Shown here piece by piece: positions 59,890 through 64,000 of a stretch of 64,000 bases of DNA. The stretch is from Stylophora pistillata (lineage: Eukaryota). Both the position numbers and the translations under genes were made by a program. Below the pieces are notes generated by a model. That model was given only the letters and a program-made list of their open reading frames with translations. It was not told where the DNA came from and searched no databases. The DNA lies in contig NW_019217797.1 in the NCBI RefSeq assembly GCF_002571385.2, positions 448,032-512,031 on the forward strand, given 5' to 3'. Position 1 is the first letter of the stretch; the number at the start of each line of letters is the position of its first letter.

Positions 59890-62800
59890 ACCTTACATGT
59901 TAAACCCACGCGTTTCGGTTTGGAACCTGTTGTTGCATATTCCACTAGCAGGGATAATTCAGTTTCAGGAACCCTTCCTCTTTTCAAGCTCGGAAAGAGA
60001 CAGTGAAAAATAAGGAATTTTTATTTCTCAAGTGAAAATGTACTTTGCGGCTCATATATGATAAATCTGTCTTTGACAGAAGCGAATTCAAGTTATCACG
60101 GTGATAGCGTGAATAGAGCTTGAAACGTGATTAGGACTCCTATATCTAAAAAACTTGAACCGATATCTGACAAGATTTCAACGAACAACAGTCATGAAAA
60201 AGTGAGTGGTATCTGAGGCTTTCTTTTGACATCACATTGCATGGCACAACACTCATTAGAGTTTTAATGTATCTGGGTAGGATGTGACCGAAAGTTTTTA
60301 TAAACAAGACAATGTCTGCTTTCACGGGTAGTAGACAATTGCTACCAAACCATCCGAAGTTCAACAGAGTTTTTTTTTTTTTTTTAAACTGTCCCCTGAA
60401 TTTCTACAGATTCACCCATAATCAGTGACAAAGGAAATAATAACAACTATTTAGTGGATTTAATCAATTAACTTTGGTGTATCTGTATACTCATCTTTAT
60501 ATAATCAGTGTGATCAGAAAGGAAACAACTTTTGTTGTGTGAAATGTAAACGAAACCAAAATCCTTTCTTTTTATCGCTGGCAAGGCACTTTATGGGCAT
60601 GCGTGAAATCAGTAGTTTTACTGCAACGAACACATCTGTCAATTTTATTGCCGTGGGTGAGGAGAAATGGTTGGTCACTTCAGAAACAGCAAGGCGGTTA
60701 TTGAAGGAGCATTGAAAATTCCAAGTTCATAGATGATGTGAGAAAACTGGTTTTACTGGTTTCACTGGGGCTTGTCGAGACCTGATTAATCTGTCTTCAG
60801 TAGAAATAATGTTGCGGTACATTTGCGATGTAGACGCTTCCCCAGTCTCTCACATGGAACCTTGTCGAGGTTGAAGTTGCAAATATAGCAGCCGCTTGGA
60901 ATCAATATTGTACAAAGTTACTCAAGTCTGTCTCAAACCCTTCAAAAAGGAAACAGCTCAAACGCTTTCGACAAAGATAAGAAAGATGTAAGCTAACTGA
61001 AGGAGTAGTTCTTTTCGTAAAAGGAAGAATTTCAATCGGGTAGCGAAGTATAGGCGCCGCATGATTGTGAGTCGGTGGCGATGAGCATATTTTAAACATG
61101 GAATGGCACACGTCTTCAGAAAATTCCCGATCGTTCCCTCCAATATGGTTACGCTTGTTTGTGTTAAAAAAATACACTAAGTTGATTAAGATGGTAATAA
61201 AATACAAGAAAATTCATCATCAGTTCTAACGTTTTCTCCATTTTAAAGTTTTCTTCATCGAGTTCGTGTAGAGTATAAAGCTCATTTAATTTTATTTCAG
61301 CTGAGTTATCTTTTAAAATTCTCTTTCAAACTGCTTACTGTTCAACACGCCTTTGTTTTGTACGAGATATGGAACAAAGGACTTTCTTTTGGGCAAAAAG
61401 CAAGTGATGGTATGGGAAAAAAATCCTGTGAAGTCAATTTTAGAATACACCTCATACAAGCAGTTGACGATGCCGCGTTGGGAACGTGTGTAAAAAATCG
61501 CCAATTTTAATGCCATGTTCATGTTGTATTCTGCAATAAATTTCTTGTAATCTATAAGGATCAAGATTTTAGACCCCTTAGACAGTCTTAGCGGGAAACT
61601 TGGAGTCCGGACACATTTGAAAGGATACAATCGGCACGGCTTTGTTTGGCGCGCTATATGACGTTTTTAAATACAGGCTATGAAGACACTACCATCAGAA
61701 TCCCAGCGTGCAATTTAGTATGTGGTAATCACAGTTTTTTCCCTTAAAGCCAAATATTTTATAACCTGACAGAGGCAAATCGAGACCGCTTTACCTGCGA
61801 ACGGAAAAAATAAAGAAATTAGGCGTTGTGGGGTGGTAAATATTCCATGGTAGGCAATTATTTTCTGTCATCTTAAGCTGCCATACGTCCCACAGGTTGG
61901 ATATTTTCTTTAAGCGTCATAAATTGTGAAAATTCTTGTACAAAAAATGTCTAAATTGTTAAAGTTACTCCGCATTAGCCAGCCAAATACAACAGAGTCG
62001 CCAATAAAACAACATAAGTGTTAGATTTTCTTGCTAATGACTGGCTGTTCAAGATCTTTTAAAACTCTGAAGTCCGCTTTCAAGTGATTGATCAACGCTG
62101 ATTTGATTCGAGAACGCCGACGTTGAGGAAAAAGGTAAATTGAAATGACCAAAATCAAAATATTGAATTTTGAAAGATCGATTGTGCTTTGGAGTGTTAG
62201 TTCCGCAGAACACTTTGCACCTGGCACTCAACCTTCTCACAATAGCGCCTTATGAAACTTCACAATAGAAGCTGAACCGCATTTCACATAAAAATCCATT
62301 TATGCACAAACCTATGCTTTTAAAAGGAATCTCAAAACCGCATTTGGCAGGCGTATAACTCAACTTTTCAGCCCTCTTATATAATTCAAAGAAAAAATAC
62401 CTGAGACATGCGAACCAAAGCTTTGAATTTTGAAACGAGCATGTGCGATGGTAGCTGAATAGTTACGATTCAAAGCCGAGCGGCCAAGGTAGTGGTAATC
62501 CCTAAAAAATTTATGCCACGCCAGGGTTTCATAGAATCACAATTGGTAAAAAAAAATCTTGGGCTCGCACTCAAAAAATAATAACGTGGGACGTTAGTGG
62601 TCGTTTTTCAGATAGTTAGCGTGATCTTATAGATGGCAGACTCTTCCGCGCGCTAAAAATATCATAATGCGAGATTCTACTTTTACAGGGACATCACCGT
62701 GGTGATCAAAGAGATCTTACAAGGAATCTCCGCAGTGAACCTACGATGTAAAAGTTAGGAACTTGGTCAGGTTGACAGGCATGGAGGGCGCTCTTACGCT

Positions 62801-63961
62801 TGGAGCGTAGCGTCGAAAACTGTTTGGAGCTTTATGGGTGTTGTGTTGACTAGAAACCTTCTTTGTTTCTCGCAGCAGGAAGCTAACTCTTATTAAAATG
62901 TGAAATCTATTCAAATCCTATATTTACGGTTCATTGAAGTTACGCTCTGTTCGCAGTCACCAGTTGATGCGCTTAACAACAGTGAGTAAACTGCGGCAAA
63001 GACAGTGACATCTCAATCGTATGAAAACACTTTCTGGTTGAGTAGCTCAGTTGATACACAAACTTCCCACGCTAGAAAACGGCAAAGCCTTCGTGAGGAC
63101 AAATGCAAAATAAGTCCAGAGACAAAGAAAATCGATTGAGATGATTTATAAACTATTCAGGGTTGGAGTTTTCTGGTTGCTGACAGAAAGCCAGAAGATG
63201 AAAAGGTTATAATGATGAAAAATTACGACGATGAATGAAATTTATAACTTCTTTAAATATTTTGAGCTGAAGACTGATGAATATGAAGGAAATCCCGCTG
63301 GATATCGATGCGGCAATATGAAACAACTAAGTTTGTTTTCTGCTGTACTCACAAAATTGTATTGGAAAAATGGCTCGCAAAACACAGGAGGTCTTCCGTG
63401 TCCTCTTACAGTTTAGATAACGGGAACATAATCAGAACTGCTCAAATTATTCACTACAGAAAAAAAGGTTACAAACTATCAAACCAGTGAATTACATTTT
63501 TGATGTGAAGTAGTAAAACTTAATTTTAAAGCCGCAGAATTAGCTATGGGAAAATAAAGATAACGGTGTTGAATTATGAAACAGGCCCGGGGCAAAAAAT
63601 TTCAAACGTGTGGGAACGTTTTGTTCTTCCATCTGGAAAAAAAAGAGACGATTCACTTCAATCCATTGTTCGTCGTCCGATGATTAACTTAATACGATTT
63701 AATTTTAATTACTGATGAAGCGTGTGTCGTATTGTAAGCCCAGAAACCCCAGTGGGACATTTTAAAATTCACCAGACACTTCCTAGATAAGTAGAAAGCC
63801 TAGCTTCTAATTGAAGCCCTGGGAGATTTCCACCTAGTTGCTCCGACTGTACTACAGTACTGCACGTCGACCGCCGCAGCTCTTTCACAGTGCGCTGGTC
63901 CCGGTGTACTAATCTCGATCGCTGATTCGATTAATCCATAATTTGACCACAAAGAGCAGAG

Positions 63962-63979
63962 CCCGCCCCAGCCTATAAG
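63962..63979 (+). promoter_or_regulatory. Candidate core promoter (GC box plus TATA) of a gene starting just beyond the window
   Basis: CCCGCCCC 63962-63969 followed by TATAAG 63974-63979, at the end of a CpG-rich stretch that also contains TAATCC/TAAT sites. Confidence 0.4.
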
Positions 63980-64000
63980 TTACACTCATCACGGTCCATT

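Noticed and set aside
63712-63760. CTGATGA ... GAAA resembling a third hammerhead
   Set aside because: No stem II pairing and no UH cleavage site after the putative stem III.

Overview
Eukaryotic, AT-rich animal DNA with three assembly gaps. It is most likely from a stony coral (inferred from the homeodomain types and the repeat landscape). The window covers part of the anthozoan Hox cluster, with three two-exon homeobox genes on the + strand: Anthox1a/HoxE-like (13243-14214), a single Anthox7/8 (HoxC/D, PG2-like) gene with a YPWM hexapeptide (23591-25114), and Evx (49929-51939). Each has a phase-1 GT-AG intron just upstream of the homeobox. On the - strand, 3511-3247 looks like exon 1 of a fourth, divergently transcribed homeobox gene. 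It has an eh1-like motif, an FPWM hexapeptide and a phase-1 GTAAGT donor, but its homeobox exon is not visible in the window. Between that exon and Anthox1a lies the most unexpected element: an uninterrupted 231-codon ORF (7995-8690) with the signature residues of bacterial LuxI/FeeM-type N-acyl synthases (GNAT fold), plus eukaryote-style promoter motifs, a polyA signal and an NLS-like tail. The non-coding DNA holds a Kolobok-like TIR element with a nested, internally deleted Penelope-like element carrying an intact hammerhead ribozyme. It also holds a second minimal hammerhead, tRNA-derived SINEs (one a young 80-bp fold-back with a 12-bp TSD), MITEs and two copies of a long hairpin repeat. 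All family assignments are by eye; no database searches were run.
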